Assembly (NCBI GenBank): GCA_003427395.1
Contig: BFEA01000012.1
Location: 1,629,216-1,693,215 of the forward strand
Reading direction: 5' to 3'
DNA: 64,000 nt
From: Chara braunii
Lineage: Eukaryota > Plantae > Charophyceae
Part shown: positions 11,810 through 26,652 of the stretch, one piece after another
Layout of the letters: every line of letters starts with the position of its first letter
Position numbering within the stretch: the first letter of the stretch is position 1
Position numbers and translations under genes: made by a program
Notes under the pieces: generated by a model
The model's database searches: none
What the model was told of the DNA's origin: nothing
What the model saw: only the letters and a program-made list of their open reading frames with translations

Positions 11810-12975
11810 TTCTATCTTTCTCCCTCACTCTCTCCATGTCATGCATGTTCGGTGGCCGTTTTCATGTGTCCCGATCGTGGCAACGGGAGCCCGAAGCGCA
11901 AAATATATACGCGTCTCTCTCTCTCTCTCGTAGTCAGCAGGTATCGAGAAGGAAGGTAGCGAGAGGGTGAGGAGGCGATCGTGGACTTAGGAGAGGAAGA
12001 AGAAGAACTCTTTCTCTCTTCATCTCTTTTCCCTCTCTCTCTCTCACACACATATACACTCCTTTACATACATTCACACTCCCACACCCAGGCGGTAGTG
12101 TATCTATCCACGCTCTGGCGGCAGATTCACACTACTTATTTTATTGAGTCATTTATTATTTAGATATATTTATACATATATATATATATATATCGTCACA
12201 AACATATATATATATATACATATGTATATCAAACCTTTGACGAAGGTGGTACGCCATTGCCTCGGCAGGAGCTCACATGCATGCATGCATGTACACGCTC
12301 ACACCATCAACAGGATGCGCAAAAACGGAGTGAATCTTTCGGTGAAACGGGGAATATACATTGCCACCCTTTTGATTAGCTCATTCTATTGTTCCAAGTA
12401 GCGTGTGGCGAGAAGCGGGTAGGGGACTTATAGACTCTTTCCCTCTCTCTCCTTCTCTCCTTCTTTGATCTTCATCTCTCCTGCTCCATCTCCTTTCTCT
12501 CTCTCTCTTCCTCCATCTCTCTCTATCTCTCTCTCACCCATGAGCACCCCCGTTGCCTACTGTAGTGGTGCAGATTGGATCGAGAACCGACCCTTCTCAC
12601 AAAGTACTAGATAGTTTATTGGAAGACTTAGGTACCGATGATCCGAGCAATCAATATCGTAATGCTGTCCCGAACGTACATCATCATCGCCATTCCATGG
12701 TGTAAAGGGGTCTGGCGCCTTACACAGGAAGACTGATCCAGCCCTGACCATACCGATCGAGGAAGAGGGAGGTTAGACGAAGAAGAGGGGAAGACGGGAA
12801 TGTTGTCAACACCAAATCTTCGGCATAGGCCCAAATAGTTACTCGTCAAAATGTCCGAATCCCAATGTCGAGTCTGGATCCACTGTCGCCTAGTCTCAAG
12901 TCACAACTCTCTCTTTCTCTATCGTAGTCTGTTGATTCTAGAAGTCAGGCGATGAGAGGGTGAGAAGAAGAAGAT
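10891..12975. repeat. two diverged copies of an LTR-like interspersed repeat
   Basis: 10891-10985 matches 12327-12420 (TGAAACGGGGAA...AAGTAGCGTG). 11350-11580 matches 12745-12975 (GAGGAAGAGGG...TTAGACGAAGAAGAGGGGAAGA...GTCTCAAGTCACAACT...AGTCAGGCGATGAGAGGG). Confidence 0.75.
11735..11806. repeat. (CT)n microsatellite
   Basis: Pure dinucleotide run. Confidence 0.95.
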
Positions 12976-15918
12976 GGTATGAGAGTATTGGTTTTATTTA
13001 TTTATTTATTTATTTATTCAATCTTATTATTATTACTTATTATATTATTATTATTATCTTTATTCTATTTGATGGGAGTATCGGGATTGGTTGCGTGGGA
13101 CGGGACTTACCCGTTCTTTCCTCCCGCTCCTCGTCGTCGTCACCGTCTTTGCTACCGTCGTTGCCATCGCTGCCGTCGTTCAGGTAAGTATCTTTCCTTC
13201 TCTCTTTCTTCTCCTATCCTTTTTATTCTTCTTCTTCCTTCTCCTTTTCCCTTCTTCTTCTTCTTCCTCCTCTGCACTTTCTTCTTCCACCGTGCTTTCT
13301 TCCTCCTCCGCGCGGTTTTCCCCTACCTCCGAGTGGTTCTCCTCTGTCCGGTCACGTCGACAACTGCGCCCGTCTCCTTTGACCCTCGTAGGGTACTTGC
13401 GTGTTTCTCGTTATGCCAGGCATATGACGAGTTCAGCCTCACCTCGCCTTCGTTGTTAGCAAAGCCAGGTACGTTGTTCCTCCCCCTTCCCTCTCTCCTC
13501 CTCCTTCTACTGCTTCTTCTTCTTCTCCTCTCTCTCGTTATCCTCCTTCTCTCGCGGTCCTTTTTTCTTTCTCCTTACGAGTAGTCCTTTCCTAGTTTCT
13601 CGCGCACGCCACCCTTCACCTCTCTGCGCTCTCCCCAGCAAGCGGCCGCTTTCCCGATCTTGCCTCTGCCCGATCTCGCGGTGACTTGCTTTCTCTCTCC
13701 AATGAAAAGGTCCCCGTGCTATAGGTAGATGAGGCACGGTAGGGACGGTTAGGCCTCCTCCCCTTCATTGGCTGAATCAACCCGGCTTTCGGGTTCTGGT
13801 TCACTCGTGCGAATTAGAAAGTTTAGAGGTTACGGGTAAAGAAAATAAATAAATAAATAAATAAAATTGATACAAGAGAAACGAATCTAACAAGTCCTAC
13901 CACTAACCACCAAGTATCTCGTTTCAACGAGACAACTACTACTACTTATTTCTAATAGAGATCTCGGGTTCGAGTCCCGTTTGCTTATGAGTTGATGAAA
14001 AAAAGTAGGCCCGCCCGCTTGTAGCTAGCAAAAAAGCTAGCCCGGAGGCAGGTTGGATTCGATCCCAGCGTCCCTGGCTTATCAGTCCGTTTCCTCTACC
14101 TACTGGGCTAGCTCTTACCACGGTATGGTAAAGAGCCGCCTTCCTATAAGTAGGTGTAGTAGGTCTGACTTTCTCAGCCTGCGTGCTTATGCACGCTTGC
14201 CAGTTAGTGCGTCCGTCCTTAGGCTTGTTGATTTGAGTATGCGCGCGTCCTCAAGGGCACTTATTTCATCGGAAGGCCCGAAGGCCGGTACTTGGCCGTG
14301 GCTGCGGCATCAAGGATCACAGCGGGGTAATTACTCAAATGGCGGGTAGGCTGGTACCTCATTATATCGAGGTAGATGCGGCGCACTTGACTTGGAGGCT
14401 GAGTAGGGGAAAACAAAGACTGGAATTTTTAGAACCCCTAGCACCGGAGGGAAGACAGGCACTGGACCAAGTCTCAGTGCGTGTCATAGACCTACCTGAC
14501 ACAATCATCAGCCCAACTGACCCTTCGACCTTTTCGGTCGAGGGGTATTACTACTGATCCTAATCACCACGGCGCTCGTCATAATAACGCGCGTGCATTC
14601 TTAACGAAATTTTCTTACCGTTTTTTCCCCTGGCCCCAGTGGTCGAGGATTTCGCTTCCAGTGTCACGCCAAGCGTGCACACCCCTCCTGTTTCCAGCCT
14701 GGCTACGTCATGGTAGCTGACGCCGCCATCGTGCCGAATGCAAAGACATGGCAAAATACCCTTGTAAGGGTATTTTGTCCGACACCGGGGACCTCCGTAC
14801 GTACGGGTTGGTGACCTTATATATGTGTATATATTCAATCTTATTGTTTCAAAAAAAAAAACTTTAACTAGCACCTACTTGTCATACCGAAATTTCGGTA
14901 ATAATATCATAAGCGAATAAAACCTAAGTACTTCTCTCGTAAGGTAGTAAGTTTTTTTAATTAATTATTTCAATATTATACAATGTCTTAAGAAGTCGCT
15001 TTTCATAAGTGTTTAAAAAAAATGAAAAAACAAATAGAAAAACTTTCCACTAATTCATCAACAAATTTTTCGCTTATCATGTATCGACTTACCTTGACAT
15101 CGCAATCCATATCTATAGCCATAACTCTACTTCCTGACTCGGTATAAAAAAAACAGTGAAAAAAAAATAAAAAAAATCTTCCAACTAAATCATTGTTTAC
15201 CCAACTGATTATGAATCACTATTATATCAAGTTGAAATTTCCACAGCAATCTAGGTCTAGTAATATACCATTACTTCAAAGTTTTGCATATCTAAACTAT
15301 TAAGAAGTTATAACAGTTATTTAGATCAATCTTTCCCTGATTTTTTTTTTCCACTTGGCTTGAAATATTAAACTTCCTCTTATCTTCTCCACTACAAAGT
15401 TTTTGAAGAATCCCAACATTACCGTTCTTTCACGTCACTCGGACCTTACGAGCACCTTGAAGTTCGCATTTACACTCATAAACTACCGCTTAACCTATTC
15501 GACAAAAACAAATCGAGGTGAAAAAAATAAATAGTGAATTAGATCAATTTTAACCAACCTCTTCCTCGTTTCGAGGGTGATCTTATGCAATTGTGCTAAT
15601 GCATTTTTTTTTTTTTTTTTTTTAGCTTCAAAGAAGATTTATCAAGACTATTTATTTACCCTCTGCTTGTACGACTTTGCTGAATCTCTCAATATGCTAG
15701 ACGGTTTGGCCTAATAATTTTCATTCACTTGGTTATATCAATTTTTTTGCTTCATTCCTTAACGATATGCCACTTGTAATTTAAATATGACCCAAGTAGC
15801 TATCAATTTTTTTTCTTCATTCCTTAACGATATGCCACTTGTAATTTAAATATGACCAAAGTAGCTATGATTTTTTGTTTAAATCCATTAAATCTCTAAT
15901 AGTAAATTTCATTAAAAC

Positions 15919-16717
15919 CAGGGTAAACGGTGTTCGGGACGGGCCAAACGCCCGAACGTATGGGACCCCTTGGGGATGCGTTCGGTCGTTCGGGCCGAAC
16001 CCAAACTTCGNNNNNNNNNNNNNNNNNNNNNNNNNNNNNNNNNNNNNNNNNNNNNNNNNNNNNNNNNNNNNTAATGACGAAACCCCCCCCGAAAAAAAAA
16101 CAAAATAAAAAAAAATTGAAGCCAAGATATGTTATGAAGAAAAATAAAATAAACAAGATTTGCCTGAGCATTACATCCAAATTGCTTGCCAAATTTGAAA
16201 TAAAAATAAATTACGAAAAAGAAATACTAATAATAAAAATAAAAAAAATAAAAATAAAAATTAAATTTAGAGAGTTCGCGAGCACGTTTTCGACACCGCC
16301 ATCTTTGGCGGTTTTTTTTTTTTTTTTTTTGAATAGCTAAATGCCTTGAAAATTTAGATATGTGTACTTCACATATGCAAAACACACTAAAAATTTTCAA
16401 AAAATAATAAATTGTTTAGACCCTGAACTAAAGTGAAAACAAAAAGAAAAAAATGAAAAAAAACGTGGGCAAACACGTTTTGACACCGCCATCTTTGGCG
16501 ATTTTTAGTTCTTGTTTGGCTGAGCTTAATGAGTTGAAAATTTATAGGCGTGTACCTCACATCATAGAGAACTCACAAAAACAAATTCAGAAAAGGCCCC
16601 AAAATAATTTTTGGCAGGGCCGAATGCCTTCGGGTTCGAACCCCGTACGGGACCCCGAACTCCCGTACATACGGAGATTTGTCCACAGACCTCCGTACGT
16701 ACGGGCTGGTAACCTTG
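15919..16717. mobile_element. non-autonomous hAT-type element (MITE), spans an N gap
   Basis: Ends CAGGGTAAAC...GGTAACCTTG. 8-bp TSD ATTAAAAC (15911-18) / ACTAAAAC (16718-25). Subterminal CGTACGG repeats. A related right end lies at ~14785-14819. Confidence 0.75.
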
Positions 16718-17447
16718 ACTAAAACTGTTTAACTTTTTTTTTTTTTTGTCTCTTACGGGATCGGTCCTTCACAGTCTTTCCTTTATGATTAAAAACCCGT
16801 TTTTGAAGACGAATGATTCTGCACTGTACTGCTTCGAATCAGTTTTTATTAAATATCGAATAATCATGAGTAACCTTTTCATGGTTGGTCATGAGAAGCA
16901 TTTTGATTTGAACATGTAGTAACATATGATTTCATAGCAACTACAGTTATCTCAGGGTTGGTTATAAGTGACATTTGTTATAAATGACTTGAAAATTTAT
17001 AGGCGTGTACCTCACGTCATAAAGAACTCACAAAAACAAATTCAGAAAAAAACAAGTATTGTTAGGCTCCGAAATAATTATTGGTGGGGGCAGAATGCAG
17101 TCGGGTTCGAACCCTGTACGGGACCCCGAACGCCCGTACATACCGAGATCTGTCCAGAGACCTCCGTACATACGGGATGGTAACCCTGACCAAAACTATT
17201 TAACTTCTTTTTTTTTTGTCTCTTACGGGATCGGTCCTGCCCAGTCTTCCCTTTATGATTAAAAACCCGTTTTTGAAGACGAATGATTCTGCACTGTACT
17301 GCTTCGAATCAGTTTTTATTAAATCTTGAATAATCATGAGTAACCTTTTCATGGTTGGTCATGAGTAGCATTTTGATTTGAACATGTAGTAACATATGAT
17401 TTCGTACCAACTACAGTTATCTCAGGGTTGGTTATAAGTGACATTTG
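16527..17447. repeat. ~460-bp tandem duplication covering the MITE right end plus flank
   Basis: 16527-16975 is repeated at ~16982-17447 with scattered differences; second TIR copy GGTAACCCTG ends at 17188. Confidence 0.85.
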
Positions 17448-19279
17448 GTTCTATTCTAGTTGTAACATGAAACTTCGCTGAAATTTTGCCCAACAAAGTG
17501 GTATTTCAGGGTTGGTTATGAATGACATTTCGTCATAGATCAATAAAATGTTTATAAACTCGAGTTTTATGGGGTTGATATTTGCTTATCTTATCGAGTA
17601 ATTGTTTTGGAAAACTAAGTTTCTACATCGAGCTGCTAAGATCTTTCACAGAAAACTTTATAATATATTATTCTGTTACTCCAACATTGGTCTTTAGTGG
17701 CTTTTCGATTAGGGGCAACTCGAGCTCGAGGAATACTGTGTTAGCTTCGCTTGGTCATCGCTTCCTTGTTGAAACGATGTTTAAAAAAAAAAAAAAGGAG
17801 GGGGGAAAGACAAAAATAAAATTTGTACTGGTGCTCTACGAATCGTCTCTCGAATCACCCATAGCTTCAAATTTTATATTGTAATTCAACTTTTTTTTTT
17901 TAATGGGGGGGGGGCTAGACAGTGAGGGGAAAGATGAAAAACATGATTAGCGTGCAATCTCGATAGTAAATATGAACATACTTTAAGTAACCTGACCTCA
18001 TGACTATTCAATCACATCAATTAACTAAAAAAAATAAAATAAATGGGGGAGGTGGGGGGAGGGAATGTGAAAGATCAGAGTTGTGAATTAAGTAAATAAA
18101 TGCAACATTAATGTTAATATAATCACATGTTATTGCAACATTTAGAGTTTCTACCAACTTACTCAAATCATGAATGTATAGAACAAACTGTCCGACCTGA
18201 ATTAACGAATTAATATGACAATGCATGGATTGTGTAACTGAATTTATATTATTTTTTCCAACACCTGATTTATTTTGATGACTCGGTCGTACTTAGGTTC
18301 GGATGCCCCATAAATGTGATGCATTTTGCTTTGGTGTTTCTTAATGCATGTTTGTGATTTTGTTCAAGTTATGTTCTTGTACATAAAAAATAGTGGATGA
18401 ACGTGGGATATGGATAGTGTGTCTTGGCGTTGTCTGTCTGCTCGATGCTCTTTTTAGGTTGATCGTCCCCCTGTTCCTTATAAGGAGAGACTCAAGATCT
18501 GCGAATGGGATGTTCGCAGTGAGATCGCTCATATAGTCCCCGAGCAAAGTTAGATATGCAACATTCGTAGTTTCTAGGTTTACAATTGTTGAAACCCGAT
18601 TCCCCCCAAATTCTCTCATCCCCCCCATCATGCATTAGTCACCGCCCCCCGATCCGCCATAGCCCCTAATTCGTCTCGTGTGCTGTGATGTAAGTCTCGA
18701 CATCCAAACTTTTGTAGTCGGTGTGCCTTTTCCTATCCGCCTCACAACAAAACGGAATATAAAGTTCAAGCTCTGAGATCCTCTACAGAATACAAGGCCC
18801 GCAGGCGACACGTGGAAAGTTTGTGCGACCCTGCATACACCCTCACACATTTGAAGTATGGAAAATGCAGGTGGCGATGGGTTTGAATGGACGTTGCTCT
18901 GTTATACTTTTGAAACTACCTCACCAACGACGTAGAGATTGCGTCATTATTGTCGTGACTTTGTATCACTTGATTAGTGAAAAAATTATCTCAAACCCTG
19001 TCTCCAGAACCTTGTCACTAGAGATCTCAGTTCCTACATGAGACTCCAACTCTATTCCTAAAATCATTGGTGCACCCCTAATTCATGCTTTGGGGCCCAC
19101 TCCCACTCCAATCAGGAAGTCCCGCGCGACGTGAGGTTGATATCGGAGCCGGTCCATGTCAATTCTGATGACAAATACGTATGTCGGTTCCACTAATTCG
19201 ATCTGGTAAATTCATGATGTATACGATCACCGAGAGCGAGCGCTAGTGCTCATAACCCCTTAGTCACTCGTAGTCAATG

Positions 19280-22200
19280 GGTTGAAAACCGATCGAGCAA
19301 ATGAAATATTAATTTGCAATATCAACAACAGGGGGATCCCACTCAAGTGTCAGTTTCGTGAGGGGCCGCTACCCCTCCCACCCTCTATTTGTTTAATCCA
19401 AAGCATCATCTTCCATAAGGATGACTCACCACTCTGTGGGCATAATGATACACTAAAAAAGAAGTTAGAACGAACCTACTGCCATGATTGTTGGGAGCAA
19501 TACACTACTGGTTCGAGGCCTACGTGTGGACGAATCTTCACGATTTCGAAAATGTTTTTCTGAATCAATTTGACTATATCCACTTGGAAATTTTGGAATC
19601 TACCATCTTTATGAGCAAGGATGAAGTCCAGAAACCCATTGAATCCGTTCACAATTCAATTTTATCACCTTCTCATTAAATCTAAAAGAAATGAGCGACC
19701 AGGTCATAACTTGTTCATGAACGGGTTAAAAAGTAGTGCAATGCAGCCTAAGTTGTGAAGGCATACCTTACCTATAGATCACACATTACAAAAAATCATG
19801 AATGTGGAGGAACGATTAAAAAAAAGTTAGTCGAGCAATTTTTTCACATTAGGGATGATAAAAGAGAGGATTCCAATAGCGAATTAACGCGGTCACAAAT
19901 GCGGTTGGCAGCCTTGCAGGATCAATGCGAACATGCAAGGTTTGTCGCAAGACCTGTTACCTACCAGGAGCTTCTAGCCCTTTGTTCTCCTTCCCCCGTA
20001 GCGAAGTCCCCAAAGGTTGTTGCTTCCTCGTTCTCCCCTACATCTGCCCCTTCCTCGGGTGTAACTCAAGGGATAATTGACGGACGAAGCCTAGAACTTG
20101 GTCGAACCTACCCAGGCAATGGTGGCGATGAAAATCTAAACCAGCCACGATAGTATAACACCCAAATAAGACCAAAATTGCGACAATGGCGCCTTACAAT
20201 ATTATGGACCCCCCCAAGTTGTTTCGATGACATCACAATATACTGCTTAGCCTGCTACTGCAACAGTTGGCACTTAGACGTATCGATATTCTGTCTACCA
20301 TCAGCCTAGACACATGACAAGAGACTGCTCAAACATACCAACTCAGGTGAAGGTTGGCGGACCTCCAGTTGTTGCCGCTCCCGTAGCTAAAGGACCGGGG
20401 CGGGTAGGAGCGGTCGTAGAAGAACCTACAGCCGCAACCAACGTTCTTGCTTCAAAAGTGTCGAGGAAAACCTGCTAAAATCATGTCGATCGATCGATTT
20501 TTTGGCCTGGAATACGTGACATTCTGACTGATTGGTACAATCCATCCTACAGACTCGAAAGTTGAGGACACCTCCGAGTGGAAACCTACTAAGTACAGAG
20601 ATGGAGACTTGAAGACCTTAGTATAAGACTGGGAAAATTGACGTGTTAGACATAGTCTGTGCGTTGGGCCATTGTATTCTCTTTCTCATCAGTCCCCTCT
20701 TCTCTATCTTAGAGTTTGCTAATGATTGAATGTTGCAGCATTGTAAGGCCAATCAAAAATAATTTGTCCTTGTGCAGTTGGCAGCCATAAAAGGAAAGGT
20801 CGCACTTATCTCATCATTTTTGTCGAAAGAACCCATCACTAGGACCTTGAAACCACCACGGATAGGACTTTTATGAGGAACCAATCACTTCATATGAATA
20901 AAGCCTAACGAATGGATGTCGGTTGAGCGCGATGTGGAAGTCTAGGGGCGACCTTATAGTGCCATAATTGACATTGGATCAATCTTTCTGGCTATCTCGT
21001 TACGCATGATTGACGCCACCAAACGAAGGAAAAATATTTTCTCCCTTTCTCGTAGGAACAACTATCTAACTGCAGACGACGGGAATGTATGGGCAGTTAG
21101 GAAAATGACCAACGTGGCGTTTCTCTTTAACAAAGTTCACGCCTTGCAAGACGCACCCGTCCTTGATGTAAGTATGTATGACGTCCTTCTGGTAAGTTAT
21201 GGGACTTCCCGTTGTTACTGAGTAGGAACCCGATTGCATTTTGATCGACGAATGATCACCCTCCACAACACAAGCAGTAAACCATATAAGATGCCGATGA
21301 AACTGACCCTGTGCAACGTATCACACAAGCCCCGCCATATCCCATCCTACGTCATTAGGGCTGCTGAGCAATTTTGCCTTAGACAGAGTAAGACATTAAC
21401 GATAGCGACGAGAGTTTTAATGATGAAGATGACGGGATCAATGCCCTGCTACAAACTGACAGTAAGGATGATGACGTGGTAGGGAACAAAATTGATGTTA
21501 CTCTGGATTACAAGTGATGATAACACTTACACGAACGCCGTTATAGAGGCATTGACGCACTATGTGCACCGACATCCGGTGTGGCAGAAAAACATCTGGA
21601 TTTTTGTGTTTACCTAATGTCACCCTTACTAGAGGGCATCATGGAGAATGCGCATGCTAATTATGGGGGAGCTAGTTGTCCAAATTTCAAGATTGTTTGA
21701 TTCTTTGAAACCCCCTGGATCTTTTACGAAGCTGTAACCCCCTTTCTCCCTCAGTATATGGAGACGAAATATCCTTTGACAATCTTTCAAACCTTCCGTC
21801 AAGATCCTTCCTACAACAAGAAAGGAGGCTTCATTGATCCAGTATCGCACCAAAGTCATAGCTCCAGTCTCCTTTGTTCTTTACACCTCATTCTTTCATA
21901 AAAAAAATCATAATAGACGAAAGACGATGGAACCTCTTAGATAAAGAAAATAGAATAAAGAACGATGAAGAAACTTCGTTTAACATCTCTGGTAATCGAG
22001 CAATTCCCGCATGTCCACTACACCTTTATTTGATATCTGAAAATGACTATAAAAGTGATTGTATCGAATATTAGAGGGCCACAATTTGATTTTTGTGTAC
22101 CTCAATATATGTGTTGTAATTTATCGACTGACCGCAAATATTTTGATTGAATATCGAGGTGCTATTAGTGTGTTTTATGCTTATACTCAGTTGACTGTGA

Positions 22201-24000
22201 TCCAATATGAAATCCAGACGGGGGATCATCCACCCATTCACTGCAAACCATATTGATACTCCTTTGCCGAAAGAATGATGACATTAATGTGCATTCGGGA
22301 GATCGACGCAAATAGATGGATTGAGTCGGTTTTTAAACCTTAATCGTTTCTGATTGTGATTGTCTTAAATAAAAACGTATCGATCTACAACTGCATCGAT
22401 TATCATGAATTGACTGATATAATGATCAAGGATATGCATCCCTGTCGTGCATTGATAATATTCTTGATGCAATTGGGTGTGCTAATTAATTTAGTAAGTT
22501 TGATATATGATATATGTTCCATCACATTCAAAAGAATGAGAAAAAACATATGAAAACGATGTTTTTTTTTCCGAAGGTATGTGGGAGTGGGTAAGGTGCT
22601 ATATGGGGATCTGCAATGCACTAACGACGTTACAACGTACAATAAACGTAACTTTTATAACTTTATAAACAATACACCACTGATGAAAAACATGATCAAC
22701 TGTAGCAATATTGTGTATGTTGAAGACATCTAGATGTATCCGAACTAAACTCATGACCATGCTCGACACGTCAAATGAATATTGAGTGCATAGAGAAATG
22801 TTGGATTCAATATTTCTCTAGAAAATAACGACTTTTTCTTCACGAAAATTGTATTCCTCAGTTACATTTTAATACGCTGCAGGTTGAGACCGAACCTGTG
22901 AAAGTTGCACTGGTAATGAACGCTCCTACATCAACGTCCCTAACTCAAATTTAGGTCTTCCTAAAACTTCCCTCGTATTGTCTAAATTTTATCAAAGACT
23001 TCGTAGTAATTGCATAAACTCTAACAAATCGTTTTCGAAAGGATCAACCCTTGGTCTAAGATGTAAATTGAATACGAGCATTTGAAACCTTAAAATCTAC
23101 CATTATATTAGCTTCTATCCTGATTGAGCCCCACTATGAAAACTATACGTACGAATCACCAATTGGGAGTCCGATGCCATATCAGTTATTTTCCCACAAC
23201 AAGTGAACAATGGTAAGACAAACATTATCGAAGACACGTCAAGGATGATGTTCGACGAACAAAAAAAACATGCGGTGCCACAAGGAGAATGTTTGGTTGT
23301 GGTTTTGAGAATCCAACACTTCCATTTATATCTTTATGGATGAAAGTTCTTGCTCGTCTTTGACAATGAGCAGTTGCTACTCATCAAGAAACTCATAAAT
23401 TACACGAACATGCTCTGACAAATATTGATGTTGCTGTGAAAAATAGTCGATATTAGGATTGGAATGATGCGAATAATGATAAGTAAAGTTCTATCGGGTA
23501 TCTTACAAATGCCTAACGCATCCGTATATATAACCATTCATATAAATATGTGGATTTTATTGATAATGTGTAAAGACAATTACGTAATTTCAAAACTTTA
23601 ATGGATTTTCAGCTACATAAGCATAATGTTAATGATCATCAAGTATTTATAACGGTAACAAACTTGCTGCCTATCATAGCATTTTATCTACTTATAATGA
23701 GCACTAGCGTTTTTAACTGATGTTAGACGTTCACAAATTTTGAGGAATTCGTTATTGTATAGAAGTTGGGGGTCATATCACATGGCGTATAAATGAGACC
23801 CATGCATAGTGGCCACACAAATGTTATTTGAATATTGTTCTTAACCGACCTCAACACGGGATGTTTGCAACTTGTGGTTCAAAGAATGACACCTTGTCTC
23901 GTACCAGTCGATAAAACTCGTTGGACTTGACAAATGGTATGAAACAAGGGGGTTTGACCTTTCCTTCATGTCATTGATTTTAACCGAAACATGCACGTTA
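19280..24000 (+). pseudogene. heavily decayed Ty3/gypsy internal region (gag-like, RT, RNase H, possible integrase start)
   Basis: Recognisable remnants: PIHCKPY (~22235), YGDLQC / FGLCNA-like (~22600), YVEDI (~22716), LRSFL-like (~22950), ECLVVV..IQHF (~23287). No long ORF survives. Confidence 0.7.
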
Positions 24001-24653
24001 ATCGAGGGCACGTCAAAGTCGCCAAATATGCAGTGGAATATGCTGCGTCGTGAAAACTACTTTGGTTACGCAAAATATCATCGACTGATTTATCCTTAAG
24101 CTAGGCGGCCCAGATCTTATCCGCATACACGTCAACCAGTGGTATACACGTCAAACAGTAGTACAAAATAAATTTATACAATAATGTTAATAAGTTGGTT
24201 AACATCAAATTTCTTCTTAAATATATTTGTCAAGATTCCATGAATAATTTGCCGACCATGGTTTCCGTTCACAGTTTTGACATCATATTTAGCTTAACGA
24301 AACTTTACAAACTCATACGAAACAAGTTTTTCATTTTTCACTATGTTCTTATGAGCACAATTAATTCAACCTTCTTAGTTCATACTTCGCTCTTATCTTG
24401 CATTACTCTATAACATCCCAAGTCCCTCGCTGCTCAATAGCCCACTAAGCATCTTTAAGTAATATTTTGACCTTTTTTTTATATTGAAAAAAACAAACAT
24501 AACAGCGACAAGTCACCACGATTTCAACCAACGGCCTCTCACATTATTGCCTATTCCTACCTTCTTTTTTATTTTGTTCTTCTTCGATAATTCTAAAATT
24601 TTCAATAGGTTAGAATCTCACTGCAAAATAATTTAAAATACATGTTCAACAAC

Positions 24654-25183
24654 ACATCAACAGAAAAATTCCCACGAGAAATGAAAGTTGAAAAAACATT
24701 CCGTAAAAAAAAAATCCTTCATATTTATAAATTATCATTCCAATGTTTGTTCAATTATAAAATTTCCAATTTAATTTGACAAGTTCTCGTCTAAATATGA
24801 GTTTTCCCTTCAAACTACATCTATTTGTTCAAAATGGAATGAAAGTCTGGACGAGTTTATGAAATGTTTTAATTAGATTTTCATTCTACTACAACAAATA
24901 TCTTCTTATTTAGATTGGATTAACTTATTTATGACTTGAAATCCTTACTTAGAATGACAGTCCAATTAAAATATTTCATTAACTCATCCAGACTTCCATT
25001 CCATCTCTAGCATACAGTTCAAATAAGAAGGGATACCCCATTCTTGGAAGGAAAGTTTTCAAGTAAGACGGAAAATTTTCAAATTGGAATGACATTTTTT
25101 CAGATGGAATGAAAATTTGAAATTTAGAATGTAATTTTACTCCAAAATGATTATTTTATTATGGGAAATTTTTCTGTTGATGT
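24654..25183. mobile_element. AT-rich MITE, copy 1
   Basis: TIRs ACATCAACAGAAAAATTCCCA...TGGGAAATTTTTCTGTTGATGT. A second, inverted copy lies at 28706-29193. Confidence 0.8.
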
Positions 25184-26419
25184 TATAGTTATTCTTTATT
25201 TGTTTTCTTACTTTTGTTTCTACGATTTTTTCTTTTTTAACTTCTTCTTTTTTTGTTTAACTCTGATTTATGATTTTTTATAAATACTCGTTCCCTAACT
25301 TCCGTTTTTTTAATTTTAGAATTAAGTTGAAAAAAAATGAATTGAACAATATGTTTCAATCCCACTATGCCATAGTGGGATTGAAACATATTGTTCAATT
25401 CTTATTTTTTCAACTGAAAATATACGTTTTGTTTGTTTATTCCTTTGACAGCCTTTTTATTTTCAGCCTATCTTTCGTGAATAGAGCAAATCGTTTTCCC
25501 TACATATACAAGCTTATAGTTAAGAAACATAAGCACGTAAAAATACTCCCCGCCACGCATGACATTACTTCATCCGCCTCATTTATTCGTAACCAAAATC
25601 TTATATACGCCCGTCTTCATGCTAACTGCCAAGTTAGGCATGCAAGTAAAATCATCAAGACATAAGTGTCATTAAGCAATACTACATCTTCAATGTCAAC
25701 CACCCGTCTTAGTTGGAAGATCCATATAGCAAATCGCCTGTGAAAGTGTATACTCTTTAAACTTATCTTCCTGCAATGTGATTAGTATGCGAACCCGACT
25801 TCGCTCTCCATGACATTCAAATTCTTCTTTTTGCCCCGTCTTGGTTATTGGAAGGCTTAGCCAATCTCGTGGGCCCATCTTCATTCAATAGGTTGACATA
25901 CTTTTGCAGGTCGATCCAAGCACGCTCCCAGATGCCTATCTCTTTTCTAAACTATTAAATGTTTTTTTTATTTTGCCTAGTTTCCAAACTCTCATGTTGT
26001 GCAACGAGTTATAAAACTTAAACCACCGCTTCCCCCGCTGCTGAAAAACCCTAGTCGCTGTGAGTTAATGCCGGGTTGTACAGAGGGGAGGTGAGCGTAC
26101 GGAGGCGCCGGGTTGTATGGAGGGGCCGACGGGTCCAATCCCGCCATTTTGCAAGCAGAAATTTTCACGATTTTTTACGTACAGAACAATTCACCAAAAT
26201 GTCTAAAAATTTGAGGGTCCGTAGATTAGGTTGGGATCTTTCAGGAAGAAATATCAGGGAAAAAAAAAAAAATCATTTTCAGCATGAAATATTTGTCGCG
26301 CCGATTCGATTTATTTCAAATTATTTCCAATCCTGCCATTTTGCAAGCGGAAACTTTGCCGTTTTTTGTGCTCAAAAAAATTCACCAAAATGTCTGAAAA
26401 TTTGAGGGTTCGTAGATTT

Positions 26420-26652
26420 TCAAGATTCAATCAACCAACCAACCAACCAATCATTCAATCCGATCGAATCAATAGATTGGATCGAATCTTGAATACCCAA
26501 TCGAATGGATTTTCAAGATTCAATCCAATCAATAGTGTGGATTGAATCTTGAAAATCCAATCGAATGAATTTTCAAGATTCAATCCAATCTATTGATTGG
26601 ATCGGATTGAATGATTGGTTAGTTGGTTGATTGATTTATTGATTGATTGATT
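26420..26652. repeat. AATC/GATT-rich repeat block with inverted units
   Basis: TTCAAGATTCAATC occurs three times and its complement-like (G)ATYGAATCTTGAA twice, with (AACC)n/(GATT)n runs. Confidence 0.75.

Noticed and set aside
13940-13990. tRNA gene suggested by GGTTCGAGTCC (a similar motif is at ~16632)
   Set aside because: Only a T-arm; no acceptor stem, D-arm or anticodon arm can be built.
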